DNA of 62,273 nucleotides, the filler included, from Circinaria calcarea (Eukaryota), in NCBI GenBank assembly GCA_051942165.1. It is 5 parts of 5 records of this genome, joined end to end, with 100 filler letters (N's around TTAATTAATTAA, not from the genome) between each part and the next. Parts side by side here need not be neighbours in the genome. Positions count along the whole stretch, not along the records: positions 49,916 to 62,273 come from JAVECS010000575.1; 4 more parts are not named here. One strand, given 5' to 3'. The translations under genes were made by a program, and so were the position numbers. A model generated the notes under the pieces. It saw only the letters and a list, made by a program, of their open reading frames with translations, searched no databases and was not told the DNA's origin. Shown piece by piece: positions 49,916 through 62,273 of the stretch (position 1 is the stretch's first letter; each line of letters begins with the position of its first letter).

Positions 49916-51369
49916 GAAAATCGTGTCGGTGGCTGGTTGGAATCACTCCGCACAGACGGGGACAGCCTCCATCGGCTCACGTGGGAATAGGGCGGATTAT
50001 CCCCCGGGCCTGGTACAGGATGCATCCCGGGTACCTTTCTTGGCGTGTACCACGACGAACTCATTACTACGTACCTTGATAAGATCCACCTTTGCAAGAC
50101 ACGCGGCGTTCAGCTACAATGGGGTTTCTCGATCATGCTCGCTCGAACCGTGTTGGTAAAGGAGGGAACGGCTTCCCTTGATCTAGGGATAGCAATACGG
50201 TCTGGAGGTTAACAAACGCTAATACTCTAATGTACCCATGGGGTTGCGAATAGTGAACTGCCTAAAAGTCGGGACTTGGGAGCAGTCAGCGACAATTCCA
50301 GGGGTACTATGCTTGCACTGCCAGGGGTCAGCACCACATCTCTCATCTAAATTGGAGGATATCATCTTTGAGCCCTCGAGCCTCTTGAAGGCGTTCCTGT
50401 TCGTGTAGATCTCCGAACATCACGGTTACTAATTCTCCGATTACTGGGCTAACGATGTATAGTTTCTCGGCTACCGACGGTAAAGGAACAGATTTCAGGG
50501 TCATCCGTAAGTTTAAGTGGCCCCGCTGGCCTGTCAGAGCGGGAGACCATTGGATTAGCTTGCAGATGTGCCGAGGCGGAGGAACTTAATTTCCGATCTG
50601 GTTCTTTCGTTTACTCTAAAGATTCAACTTGGGCAGCTACCTAGGTACCCTCGGACATTTTACCGACAGCAGAGTCGATGCCCTATCCTTGAAGACAGAT
50701 CCTCGCTCAACAACCCCCGCCCCGTGGATCCCGTCGACGGCTCAAAGGGCTCTAGTGCACGCGCGATGCCCTACTCTACCTTAGCCTCCCGAAACCCACA
50801 GTCCCGAAATGGACAGAAGAGGGCCATGGGACGGTGCTCGAACGTTCAGTAGCCGGGTGCACATTTGCCACTTACCTAATGAGTTCCGTCCTTTCACACG
50901 TGGGAAACCCCAACATCTAACGCCACGCGTTCTCGGCCATATCTGCAACTCAGATCAGATCCGGAAGCGAACGTGGAGAAGGCAAGGCATGTAGTCTGAT
51001 CTGCCGGTTGGAACTACTACGGTAGCAGGCCAAACAATTCGTAGCGCTGTAGATCTCGTAGGGATGAAATCTCTTGCCTTTTTACTCAGTCATGCCACGT
51101 AAATCTCCGCACGGCTGTTTAATCGATTGGGGCATCAGGGCTGGCATAGCAAAGCAGCATTGCCGAGCCTGCCAAGACGCTACGAATTATTTTGCCTGCC
51201 ACCGTAGTAGAACTTGGACCATCTACAGACTAACCGTATACTGTCTCCGTGATACCTGCAGTGAGCAGATCGGACTGGGAGAAAGCAGCACTCGAACCGG
51301 AACTCCGGGCACGACATCGGCCGTCTGGTCTCAAGGACCTTGTTATCTTCACTGACGTCAAGTCGGTCC

Positions 51370-51990
51370 GATCCTATCCTATCCTCCCACATACCCCTTG
51401 CAATCTCATCATACTATCAGCAATACCCCTCACCCAATTTCACTCCACCGACGCTTCCCGTCCAACCAAACTCTAAGCAACATCTCCCTCTTCCCATGTC
51501 CTTTCTCTCCCCTCTCTCTTCATTTCCTCGCCTCGTCATTTCCTCTCCCAATCCTTTCCATGCCCTACCGCACACCCTCTTCCCTACCCCTTCCCCCTCA
51601 ACCAACTTCCCCTCCTTTTTTTAAAAAAAAAAAAAAAAACATTCAACTACACCAGGATCCACAGATTTGGGAAAAAGCACCAAGTGATCCTTAGCGTTTC
51701 CGACCGGAAGGCCAGATGGAGATTTCCAGAAACACCTCCCCCCCCCGTGGATACTTCCTCCATCACGTTGAGAGAGCGACAGCATGGTAGATCTGCGAAG
51801 AAGCAAGAAAGAAGAATAGAAAATAGAAAATAGAAACAAGAGCAAGAGCAAGAGCAAGAGATTAGGGGGGTTCAAGGGTTCAGGGGGTCAAAGCAGCTGA
51901 ATACAGAATCACAGACTCCTACACCTGTGAGAAGGAGAAGGAGAAGAACAGAATGCAAGCGGATCGAACCAGATTGGGGGGGAATTCTTA
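51370..51990. repeat. Low-complexity tract: pyrimidine-rich arm, T/A homopolymer junction, purine-rich microsatellites
   Basis: C/T-rich 51370-51620, T-run then long A-run at ~51616-51639, then (ATAGAA)n, (CAAGAG)n and (GAAGGA)n. Confidence 0.8.
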
Positions 51991-52264
51991 TTCAAAGTTA
52001 AATATCTGCCATACGACTCCATGACAAAAATGTGACCATACACGTGAATCCAAAAAGTAAAACATCTCCCCGGAAACAACCCCCAGAAGAAGCATGTACC
52101 CCGATTCAACGCCCGATTCCCCCTACGAACCCTCCCCTACGAATCCTCAACTTGAGAGAAGAAATAAATAACGCCTCGTACTCTCGCATACTTTTCCAGC
52201 TTCGTAACCTTTCGTACATGCCTCTACTCATCCAGACCATGAAACCATCACCGGTATCTTTTCC

Positions 52265-54033
52265 TCAAGACTCGATGCCCACGCCCTCCTCTCTCCCCAA
52301 CGTAGTCCTCCTCCTCCCGGAACCAAACAGGACCTCCATCACCCTCCCCTTCTGGCCTTCCCGAATCTGCCTCAGATGCTCATGCGTGCCGTCCAGTCCT
52401 CGGATCTGGTCCTCGACCGTCAAGGTGCTTCCCTCGCCGCCTCGGACCAGGGGACTAACCAGTCGCCTCCGCAACATCTCCAGGTTTTGCTTCAGAGCGA
52501 CCAATTTCCCATTGTGCTCGACCAGTAAATTTTTATTCAAGATGGTTCTGCCTCGCACAGAGGTCAGTAAAGCTTTGTTCTTCTCGTAGATGCGGAGTCG
52601 GGAGGCGTTGGCACCGAGGACGCGGGTCCAAAGAGAAGAGAGGAATTCGCCCTCGAGGCGCTCTTGGTTGTCGGTTTCGCGGATGGTGGTGCGCTGGAGA
52701 TTGAGGAATTGGCGGTCGATGGTGGCAAAAAGTGAGAAGAGACTGGCGGAATAGGTCAATTCCGAGTTGATACTTTCCTCGAGGACACTAAGGAATTCGG
52801 TAAAGGTGCGCTGCAAAGTCTGCCGAGTGCGTTGCGCACGGGTCATGCCAAAAAGCTCGGTTACAACAGTTCCAATCCGGTTGGGAAGACCAGTAGAAGG
52901 ATCGGTGAGTATCCCAAGTCGCGACAAGAGACCGTGGATATTGGTAAAAGCCGATGCGAGGGACGTGGTCGGCATCGTGGGCAGGGCAGCGAGTTCTCGT
53001 TTAGCCCAATCCATAACAATCAAAATGCCATCTATGTCGCCGTCGACATTCGCGAAGAACTTTGTGAGCTCCATAGCTAATGTTTTGAGTGACTCGCCTA
53101 GCTCATCGAGCTCATTCACGAGCAAAGGCGCAGAGGTAAGATTTGCAGCACGCACACTTTCCGCAAGATCCCAGACTGCCACTCCAGTTTCTTGGAGGGC
53201 GCCAATCTGTTGTACGCCATTCTCCGAGTAAAAGATCAAAGGCTCGAACGAGCGAGTAAGACCAGCAACCTTGACTAAATCTGGTACGAGTGGTTCGACC
53301 GGGGATTGAGTGAGTATGCGTAGTATAGAGACGGAGACGAAAATTATCATAATAGACGTTCCTAATGAACTTCGAGACTTTGTTATTTGTCTAAAATATG
53401 TACGAAACCATGAAATGGCTGCTTCGAAAGGTTCAGTCCTGTGCTGCATCTCTGCTCGGACTGCAAAACGAATATCTTGCAATATGTTAGTGAGTCGCAT
53501 CTAATTAATGCAAAGGGAACTTGCGCACAGTTGTTCTGATTGTCGGATGCCATTGGCGCTTCGTTTCTTTGTCCGAAAGTTTGGCCAAAGTCGGTCCCTC
53601 CCTGCGGGAACGGCGATGGGCTTTGGGATCTTTCTTTCACCGGTGAAAGCGAGCCTCGAGGCAAAGGAATGTTCGCTGGTATCGTGCAATCGCCGTCGTC
53701 TTCCTTTGCGCTTTCATATTGTGGACTTGTTTCCCGCGACTTGACCGGGCTTGTGGATGGCCTCAAATGCGAGCTTTCCTGTAAATAAGGTGGTTGATGC
53801 CGATACCATCCACTGCCGGTATCCGGCCTTCTCCATGCAGTTGGCGACCATGGTCCTTCGGAAACAGACTCATGTCCTGCTTCCGATTCCTCTGACTTGA
53901 AGCCCAAGTGGTGCGAAGGGAGTCTAAGGAGAGGTGAAGGACGTTCGTTATGTTCGAAGTCCTCCAAGGAGGCGGAAAGAGAGGGGTGATCGTCAAACAT
54001 ATCGTTTAGGTCGTCTAGCCGGTCCGTAGCCAT
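52265..54033 (-). CDS. Conserved fungal hypothetical protein (one TM segment, helical C-terminal domain)
   Basis: Two exons joined by intron ~53477-53529 (GTGCGC..ACTAAC..AAG) giving NNYIRFAVRAE; PDLVKVAG..SFEPLIFYSENG, LTKFFANVDGDIDGIL. Function unknown to me. Confidence 0.8.
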
Positions 54034-54675
54034 GCTGTTTTTACATTCCACTCCAAAGCAATTGCAGATGAAGTGAGAGGAAAGTGGTTGATGTTTGCGC
54101 GAAGTATGTTAGCTAACTATCGAGCGCACCAAGATTCACGGTAAAGCAACGAGTAAGAGTGTATCACAGCAACTGGGCGGATATGACTCTCAATATCCAG
54201 GCGAAAGCAAAAGAAGCAAAGTCGAACCAAAGAGTCGTGGTTGGAGAGGTCACTGCGGTTTGGATCAGAATGGAGTGGCTGGGAGCGACGTCTCGTCCTA
54301 TCGATAAGGGACACTAAAGTCAGGTACAAACACTAAGTCTTGGCAAAATACTCAAAGTGACTGTTTGCCGTTATCGATTCTCACATAAGAAAAGGGACCT
54401 AGTAGAATGTCAAGAACGTAGTACCTCATTGGCAATGGGGCTTCTTCGCGACTAATTACAAAGACTTGATCGGCCTCCTGGTCGACAAGTCTCGACACGT
54501 CAGAAAGAGGAAACCGTTCATGATCCACCTCCTATACACAGTCCTTCTAACCAACAATTACCCGTCTAAAGGAGTCTAAAGCTAATATTACACGTAGGGA
54601 TGGTTGTTACATCTGAGGCGAGCCGGATGAATAACATGAGAGCGGAGAGTCGGGAGCTTGTTCGAGAGGTGCTGT

Positions 54676-55448
54676 TTATTTCGTGGCGTTGCGCAAGTGA
54701 CTGTTTCCAGATTAGTTATTGGCCGCCGGTTCACAATGGTGGCGGCGTACGTGATCAGGTCATTCCTATCCTTGGGCTTCTTCAACCCACCAAACGCCAT
54801 CTTGGTACCGGGGATGTATTTCTTCGGATTTTCTAGGTATTCGAACTGAGATTCCATCAGCGTAACAAGCCTTCCTCTGCTCATAAAGGCCCGTACCAGT
54901 GTATCTTCATTCCAAGTGATAGCCTTATCCCTGTTTGCATCGGTGTATGAGAAACCGGGGACCTGGCCCGTCTTACGACCGAAGAGACCGTGGAGATTGG
55001 GCCCAATCTTGTTGCCCTCGCCTTCTTTGAGAGTGTGACATTGCGCGCATCGTGTCTGGACTCGTATCAGTATCAGAGCCGCAGCGTAGATGTTGGGTTG
55101 GTGTGGGATAGTATCTGTATACCTTGAAGAGATTGGCACCCTTTTTATCGTCACCTGTAAGACAGGAATTAGCATTGTGCCGCAGAAAACGTTGATACTT
55201 GAGGAGACGATGTTTCAGGCGGACAAGGGACAGATGGACCAAGTCAACTTTGTAGAGTGAAGGCAGTAGGGTCTAACAGGAAGCAAGTATTGGCGGTGAT
55301 CCGGCATGATGGTATTTGAAGGCCTAAGTTCATACCAATCGCACAGAAATATTCTGCAGCAGGAAAAGTGGCAGGACTTGCAACACCAGAATCGGGGATC
55401 CGAGGATAAAGATACAAACGAGAGACACGTACCGTCTGCGAAACCCAT
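54676..55448 (-). CDS. CYC1: Cytochrome c
   Basis: Five exons: [77 protein letters not shown]. CxxCH and the axial Met are present. Confidence 0.97.
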
Positions 55449-57057
55449 TTTGTAGGCTATGTAGAACTTCTGGTATAGGTGGTGAGTGGATGAGGTGTTC
55501 TCGAACGACAATGATGTTTCTTTTGCAGACGGAGCAAAAGTTGGTCAGAAACGAAAAAGATATCAATGAAGTAATGGAAGACTTTGTCTAATCACAGCGT
55601 GCCTATTTCGGCTAAGCCTGACCCAAAGCAGTTTCGGAGATTTATCGGGTGGGTTCGGACAGAATTATCAACGAAAGCAGAACGTGATGGCTGTGAATTG
55701 TACACAATTGCAGTCTATCTCTCTACTTTTGGTGGCGACAGCAGTGGGACTCTGTACAAAATCTTTTAGAGTCGCAGATACGACTTCAATGGAAAAGCAA
55801 AAGATTCAGCTTGTTCGTCACATGTAAATGTGTACGGAGGAGCCTCCGGATGATGTCCCATCCAATCAGGTTATCTCCTGAATCAAGCAAGGCAACATCA
55901 GCAAAGTACATCACCAATATGGCATTTTCTCTACCACTTTACGGATGATTCGGCCTCGTCAAGATTTCGAATCTGACGTGATAATTGCGCCGAGTCTATA
56001 GTTGCGGACCAGCGGGTAAAGCACTGGTTAGAGAAGCGTACTTACGAACTGTAGAAAATCTATCTTGGCCTGCAGCATTTTGATCATCTCTATACGCCTG
56101 CAAATGGAGCCAGATGACTGGGAAAATATCGGGCCATGTCCAGGAACTAATATCCAGCCTTCTGGCCCAGCTCAATGAGTACAGAAAGACAGTCGCATCA
56201 CCATCGCTTTTCTAGATATAGTTTGCCATAGCTCATTCCTGCTCACAGTCCTTATCAACACTCGGCCAAACTTTCCAGCGTCCATCTCCGGTAAAGACAT
56301 GTGGCTTCCACGGCTTCTGATGCACGAGGACTCCACCTCGCAAGCATATACGCTTCTTATAAAACCTTAAAGGGACAGCCATATTAAGGAACGGCGGCCT
56401 TGTAAGGCTACGCTGGATCACGAAGCAACGTACAGTCCAAAAAAATAGAAGAGGGGAGGACATCAAAAGTAGCCTTGTCCTATGAATTGGCAGTACCGAC
56501 AACGGACTCTACCATGGTATCCAATTGGCAACAGGATCTCCAGATGGGGTGCGACGTGCCATTATCTTCGCTAAGCCAGGTTTGAGGTAACGAAACAGGT
56601 ACCAAGTAAAGTTCTGTACACTCCAGGCTCAGACTGGTAAACTTCTTCCATCTTGTTCAAGCTCCCTTGTGATCTTGGAAGTAAGACGCAAGACGCAAGA
56701 CGATAATTGAGAGAGCAAAGGGGGAAAACTAGGGTGTACAGGCCACGAACGTATTCTATCCACTAGCGATATCCGTGCTCACTGTCAGGAAATAAACTTT
56801 CCAACCCTTGTTGATCTGATATAGAATGGCAATCTACTGGTATGTTGGGAAACTTGGAAGGTGGATGACAATGCCGATTCGCTGTGCGGAACCGGCAAAT
56901 CAACTAGGAAAATCAAGAACCCGCCGTAGCAGGCACGGCAGGTTTTCGCAGGTGGCCTGCTTTATTGTTGTATGCTCACAGTTAAAATGGAGGGTCTCAT
57001 GCTATTCTAATTTAATATGATCTCTGACGATTCTCTTCTTCCGTATTCTTCAATGCA

Positions 57058-58145
57058 ATGGCTATCTGGGTGATTGTAGGTGCAAGCCGAGGGATTGGCC
57101 TCGAGTTTGTTAGACAACTCCTGGCTCGCGGGGAAAATGTTATTGCGACGGTCAGAAATGTTGAGAAGGCATCACATTTGTGGGCTTTAGCGGGTGCAGC
57201 GGCCTGCGGAGCCTGCCATCTTCTGGAGTGTGATGTCAAGTCAGACTGGAGTATAACTGTCCGTCCAGAGCAACTACAAACCTTTTGATTTCAGCACAAG
57301 GCCTGATTTGCTACAGAACTTCGCCAGAGACGTATTCGCTTTAGGGGTAAGGGAGATCGACTACGTTGTACTGAATGCTGGCATCCTAAAGTATCCTAAT
57401 GTGCGTAAGAGTCTACACCAAAGGCACGATAACAAGCAGAACTCAACATTTGCAGAGAGCAAGCGAGGTGTAGGGCAGAACAGCCATCCGGTCTGACGCT
57501 ATATGCTAAGTTATGTCAGCTCTTTCGAGGATTTTGAAGATCACCTTCGGACAAACACAATTGGGCCCATTATGGTTGCCCAGAAGTTACTTCAGACCAC
57601 CTTGTCCATCGGTACCATGACCTTCATGTCGAGCGATTCCGGAAGTGCCGCTGAATTCCGAGCGTTCGAGGACGGGTACTGTGATCTTAGTGGAAGTTTA
57701 TGAGCGATGTTAAGTGAATTGACAGGTTTGCTGCGTACGCCGCATCCAAGGCCGCTTTAAATCAGACACTTCGCGTAAGCCGATTGAGGGCAGCCAGTCC
57801 AAAATATGCTGATCTTTCACAGCATATGGCTGCAGAACTGCAGAGGAAAGGGAGCAAAACCGTCATCCTAGCTATGCATCCAGGCGAAGTTGCAACGTAA
57901 GCTAGCACCGCCCCTGACTCTCATTATATGCCAAGACTCGATAGGGACATGGCAAACGTATCAGTTGATTGGGAGATAGAGGGGATTATCGGCGCCGAGG
58001 AGTCGGTCAAAGCAATGCTCAACGTTATTACGACGAAGACCCTTGAGCACAGTGGGACTTTTTGGACGTGGGAAGGAAAGGTGAGAATCAACTGTTGGGG
58101 GCTAACAGCGTATGATCTGACACTATATAGATTTATCCCTGGTGA
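57058..58145 (+). CDS. C-factor (CsgA)-like short-chain dehydrogenase
   Basis: VGASRGIGLEFV, VLNAGI, YAASKAALNQ, MHPGEV.TDM, GTFWTWEGK/IYPW*. Seven introns including a 14-nt exon (57456-57469). Confidence 0.9.
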
Positions 58146-58683
58146 TAGAGGAAGGTTCGACGCTTTGACATATCCCCCATAACAAAAGGGAAAGACGGCT
58201 GCAGGAGCCTCGATATGCGAAATCTAGGAAGGTTACAAACAAGACGCATCAACAGGCGTATAGGGAAAAGCGGGATAGATGACACTGAAGAGTCCAGATC
58301 CTGTGCATTGCGGCCTTCAGTGACTGGAGAGATTACGTGACTTGTTTTCAGTAAAATCAATATCGGAACAGACAGAACGTAAGAAGCGGCTTGCTCGACA
58401 TACAAATTAAGTAGACGCTATTACAGTAGATGACATAAAATCATAACATATTGGAATGACAATTATAGTATCATTTAGCGCCTGGCAAGACAAACAGAAA
58501 GTGATCTTGTAAAGCAACTGATATTAGATATAGTTTTGTGCGTCCATGATACTTCCAGTACACCGTATCACTCGAGATTGTGGTTACCGTACTGTCCCCG
58601 GTGTCCATCGAAGACTCTTCTGATATTGTAAGTTGAAAATTATGAATATGCCGGCAGTACATACTCGAACACCATTCTTCACA

Positions 58684-59556
58684 ATGGCCCATCCGTGCAT
58701 ACGAATGATACTGCCTCTTCGAGAGCACTTTTGTCACCTCAGATATCGAAACTCATACCCTACTTCACCTCGGACCTTGCTGCTACACTCACATCGACAT
58801 GCTTCGTCTGCATCTCCCTCGAAACCTCACACATTGGAGAAGCCCGCAAAGTTCAACCCTCCGTCTCATCCTGCTAGGTTAAATCGTGCCCCCCCACGTC
58901 AGTATCCTGGGCCTCCTCTGTCGAAACCAGAGCTCAAGGCACAGAAGACGAAGCAGTATCCCCACATGATGCCTCCTGAAGGTAGCTTTATGCGGTGGTT
59001 TCTCACGAATCGTACTATTCATCTATGGATCACCTTAGTATGCTGCATTTTTACGCGCAAATCTCCTGCATTCGGTATCGTGCACCTCTAACCAATGCGA
59101 TAGTCTACGCTCTTCTCCCTCGCCTTCTACACGTTCATAACAAACTTACAGCGTACATCTCCCTTTGCTCACCTATTACCCCCTGCAAGAAGCTTCGCAT
59201 CCCATCCGTTAGACTCGATATCGCAGTACATCGAGGTATACAAACTACACACCGCACGGATAAGTGAAGAAACGGCAGAAAGGAGGAGAAAGAAGGTCGA
59301 GGATGTGCAAAAGCGCAGTCATTATAGAAAGGCGCATGGACTTGACAAGGAGCAAGGATGGGGCGGATGGACAGCGAAAAAAGATAACGAGCTCTTAGGA
59401 CCTGCTCTAAGGACTGATGGGGCTATCGAAAGCGAGGTTTCTAGACCGCCGTCATCAGCAGATGGAGCACCAAGGGCTGTGGAAACATACGAGGCTGTCC
59501 ATATGGACTTGGAGGGTAGGAAAAAGCCGATAAAAAAGTGGCTTGGTATTTGGTAG
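58684..59556 (+). CDS. Conserved fungal hypothetical protein, probably mitochondrial membrane
   Basis: R/S/L-rich presequence-like start, LEKPAKFNPPSHP, YPHMMPPEG, TM segment split by intron ~59038-59103, KKVEDVQKRSHYRKAHG, ends KKWLGIW. Start codon uncertain. Confidence 0.8.
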
Positions 59557-60392
59557 CTTGAGAATACCCCTAAGAACATCAAATTGCTTCTTTTATGTAC
59601 TGACTTGAGGGTGCGCCAACATCATTCGTGTAACAGAGTTCGTTGCTTTTGCTGCGTGACAGCATATTTGTGAGGCGGGACCGTATTTCTTTGTGGGCCA
59701 TGGCCGTAGAAGACTACAGTTTCACAACTCATGCTAACAAAACCCTTGGGCCACAGAAGTATATGGGCTCAAAGACCATTCAATTCACAGGTGTCAAGTG
59801 ATTACTTCTATAAGACATTTTCCTTTTAGTTGAGATGGTGTTTCATAATTAGGCGCTTATTCGGGTGCTTCAAGTGAATATGCATTGTCCATTGTTGAAC
59901 TGATACCAGATCCGTCAGCTCTCGAGAAACGCTATCCTTTGTCAGCTTGCAAAATCTAATACTTGGTGACTTACTCCTAAGTGTTTGTGAGTGGCTAATC
60001 TCATAAATAGTGTCAACGTGGAACTCGTCATGCTATTCCCTGGTACAGAGGTGCTTGAGACTACATGTCTGCCCAACTGGAACTTTCTGTACATAGAAGT
60101 CCAAATTGTACTCGATGGAACCAACAGATCGAGTCTCACGAAGATTCTCATTGTTACGATGCATCCGGCATTTCACTGTCTTCAAGTACGACAAAGGAAT
60201 ACACCACCGACTCGGGCACTCAAAGCCGTGGCTGTTAGATGCATTTCTATGATGAGCTTAATAAAGATATACAAAATGACATACAATCACTTATGTACAT
60301 ATCGCTACATGGCACCGTACTGAGTCTAAAGCTTTCATCCTGGAATATTTTGGCCAGGGACCAGCATAGACTGATCCCCACAATAGCAAGTT

Positions 60393-61901
60393 ATGTCAAT
60401 AGAGTCTCAACCACGCACGACTTCTATGGACGATCTTCCTGCAGAGATCCTGCACTGCCTTTGCAATTTCATTCCGCAGAAAGATCTTGGGAGACTTCGA
60501 CTTACAAGCAGCAGGTATCGGGAATTTCCCTTAGGATACATGATACGCCACATCCATCTCATATGCAACCTTCAGACTTGGTATCGACTCCGTACTATTG
60601 GCTACAAGGAACTTCGGTACAGAGAACACGTCCGGTCAATCACGTTCGAATGTGACCTTATCCCTGTATACGAGACTCGTGAAGAGTGGGAAAGAAACAT
60701 ATATGATGAGCGCTCTCGAGGCCCAAAACCACAGATGCCGCCTCCACATTGCAGTCCTCATGAGAAGATTGCATATCGGGATGCATTGGCAAGATGGACT
60801 GATCAGCCGCGTCCCCAGTATAGTCAAAGGTTTCTCGATAGAGGCTGGTCGAACTATCGAGATGTTCTACATATACAACAGATTTTCCAAATCAGAAGTT
60901 ACTTTGACTATCTTCAGATCTTGTTCGAACTCATCAACGATTTTCCGCGTCTTCAGTCTTGCAGAGCTTATTGGGATCCCGAACAGGGGCAATCAGAGAT
61001 GTGGCATCGTACATTTGATCGAGCCTTATGCAGACCTGAAAGAAACCGCAGGAATGTGGACCCCGGTGATTTGTTCAAAGTTTTCTTGGCCGGAGTGGCC
61101 AACTCCGGAGCCCAGCTTCGAAGTTTATCACTCACCTCGTTTGATTGGGGGAACCTCATCTGGGACGGTAAAGATTTCCCTGCTCCAGCCTACGCAACCG
61201 GGAGAGCAGTCCAGCACCTGCATTACCTCTGCCTCGCCCCGTTGACCGAAGCCGTCCTTGCCGTCAACGACCGTGATCCTCAACGTCACGTGGCAGACTG
61301 CAACACGTACCTCCGCGGCGGGACCTTGCGAATCATTCTCCAAGCCGCCCGGAATCTGCGAGATCTCCGACTGCAATTCCGCGGATACTCGGACCGTTTG
61401 AATTCGCGTGACCTGGGCCGACCTTGCTATCCAGCTCGCTTCGCCGATCTCTTCGGCCTCGATACCACCTGGGATCACCTTGGTAACCTCGAACTCCACC
61501 AGATCGAAACCCGCCCGCAAGAATTCCTCGACTTCCTTCGCCGGCACACCCGCACTCTCCGTTCCCTCCGCCTCCAAAGCCTCGGTCTGAACCACGGCAC
61601 CTGGCCCGCTGTGTTTGCCGAAATGCGCGACGGGCTCGGATTGGCTTTGACGGAGATCTCGCTCGGAGGCACCTTTGTGTCGTTGGAAGACCACCGGGAG
61701 TGGAATCTGGAAAGCGATGATCCGTGGGATGCGGAGGTGTCGAGGAGGAAACGGAGATTGCAGCGTTGGCTTTTGGGCTGGGAGCCGGAGAGGAAGGCCG
61801 GGGATGAGGGGGTGGCGGCGGCGGGTTGGGAGAGCTTGTTTCACTGGGAGGAGGGGGAGTCGATTTTGCTGGATGAGATTATGGGGTTCTCACTCAGATG
61901 A
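60393..61901 (+). CDS. F-box protein with LRR/RNI-like C-terminus
   Basis: Intronless 502-aa ORF; DDLPAEILHCLCNFIPQKDLGRLRLTS F-box; repeated LRSLSL/LRDLRL/LRSLRL motifs. Confidence 0.82.
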   Translation: MSIESQPRTTSMDDLPAEILHCLCNFIPQKDLGRLRLTSSRYREFPLGYMIRHIHLICNLQTWYRLRTIGYKELRYREHVRSITFECDLIPVYETREEWERNIYDERSRGPKPQMPPPHCSPHEKIAYRDALARWTDQPRPQYSQRFLDRGWSNYRDVLHIQQIFQIRSYFDYLQILFELINDFPRLQSCRAYWDPEQGQSEMWHRTFDRALCRPERNRRNVDPGDLFKVFLAGVANSGAQLRSLSLTSFDWGNLIWDGKDFPAPAYATGRAVQHLHYLCLAPLTEAVLAVNDRDPQRHVADCNTYLRGGTLRIILQAARNLRDLRLQFRGYSDRLNSRDLGRPCYPARFADLFGLDTTWDHLGNLELHQIETRPQEFLDFLRRHTRTLRSLRLQSLGLNHGTWPAVFAEMRDGLGLALTEISLGGTFVSLEDHREWNLESDDPWDAEVSRRKRRLQRWLLGWEPERKAGDEGVAAAGWESLFHWEEGESILLDEIMGFSLR

Positions 61902-61913
61902 TGGCGGTTGAGC

Positions 61914-61927
61914 GTGTGTGTGTGTGT
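61914..61927 (+). repeat. (GT)n microsatellite
   Basis: gtgtgtgtgtgtgt just downstream of the F-box stop, followed by a G run. Confidence 0.85.
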
Positions 61928-62273
61928 TTGAGTCTCGGTGGTGGGGGGGGGAGAGGGCCGGTTCTTGTGTATTTTATTTTATCGGATTGACGCTGTGGCA
62001 GAGGTGTCAAATTCGGAAAAACCTGTTACGATAGAATGGCTGGGTATCCCATTATCGGCTTCCTCTGAAGGGTCCGATCGAAATCCGTGTTCCTATACTC
62101 ATTTATCGAAGCTGTGTACCAACACCAAAGTTCCTCCCGGCTCGGCTCATACCCTTGACTTGACGCTGTTACGGAGTACCCACCCTTTTTCCAGATCCAG
62201 ATCCAGATTCCCCGTTTTTGTTTTTCCCAAAAACTATCCCGGGCAGGTTGGGGCGGTGGGGCGGGGTCCGGAG

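Noticed and set aside
49916..51360. Short ORFs and a possible donor (AAG/GTACGT on the minus strand near 50073)
   Set aside because: Could be the 5' region of a gene beyond the contig end, but no product is supportable.
51861..51890. Telomere-like ttagggggttcaagggttcagggg
   Set aside because: Only one exact TTAGGG; internal and degenerate.
61128..61844. 238-aa antisense and 215-aa alternative-frame ORFs over the F-box gene
   Set aside because: Shadow ORFs; the F-box frame explains the region.
1..62273. CRISPR arrays, tRNA/rRNA genes, LTR/RT/transposase/DUF3435 ORFs
   Set aside because: None recognised by eye; small ncRNAs could have been missed without Infernal/tRNAscan.

Overview
Fungal nuclear DNA (Pezizomycotina-type: short GT-AG introns, RCTRAY branch sites, Eurotiomycete-like proteins). 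The window is not one locus. It is five unlinked contigs of decreasing length (1-12405, 12506-24882, 24983-37355, 37456-49815, 49916-62273) joined by artificial 100-bp N44-TTAATTAATTAA-N44 spacers, so neighbourhoods only mean something inside a contig. Contig 1: MFS transporter with an in-frame TAA, glucose-6-P 1-epimerase, Rif1, Ric8. Contig 2: HAK/KUP K+ transporter, Clf1, then an accessory-looking block with a decayed His-Me-finger endonuclease-like gene, a degenerate ORF and an APH-like kinase. Contig 3: gamma-glutamyltranspeptidase and a LanC-like gene bracket a gene graveyard (MDR dehydrogenase and two P450 pseudogenes, a membrane-protein remnant) that still holds an intact LovG/FSH1-type esterase and a Zn(II)2Cys6 gene whose zinc cluster is hidden by an intron. 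Contig 4: OSGIN-like flavoprotein, two SDRs, a secreted lysozyme-like (SLT/GH23-type) protein, DUF2461-like gene, TYW3. Contig 5: two conserved hypotheticals, cytochrome c, a C-factor-like SDR, an F-box protein. I recognised no rRNA, tRNA or CRISPR. The best leads are the GGT-LanCL-bracketed relic cluster, the His-Me endonuclease/APH block, and a recurrent strand-symmetric C-rich to G-rich skew switch. All family calls are by eye; no searches were run.
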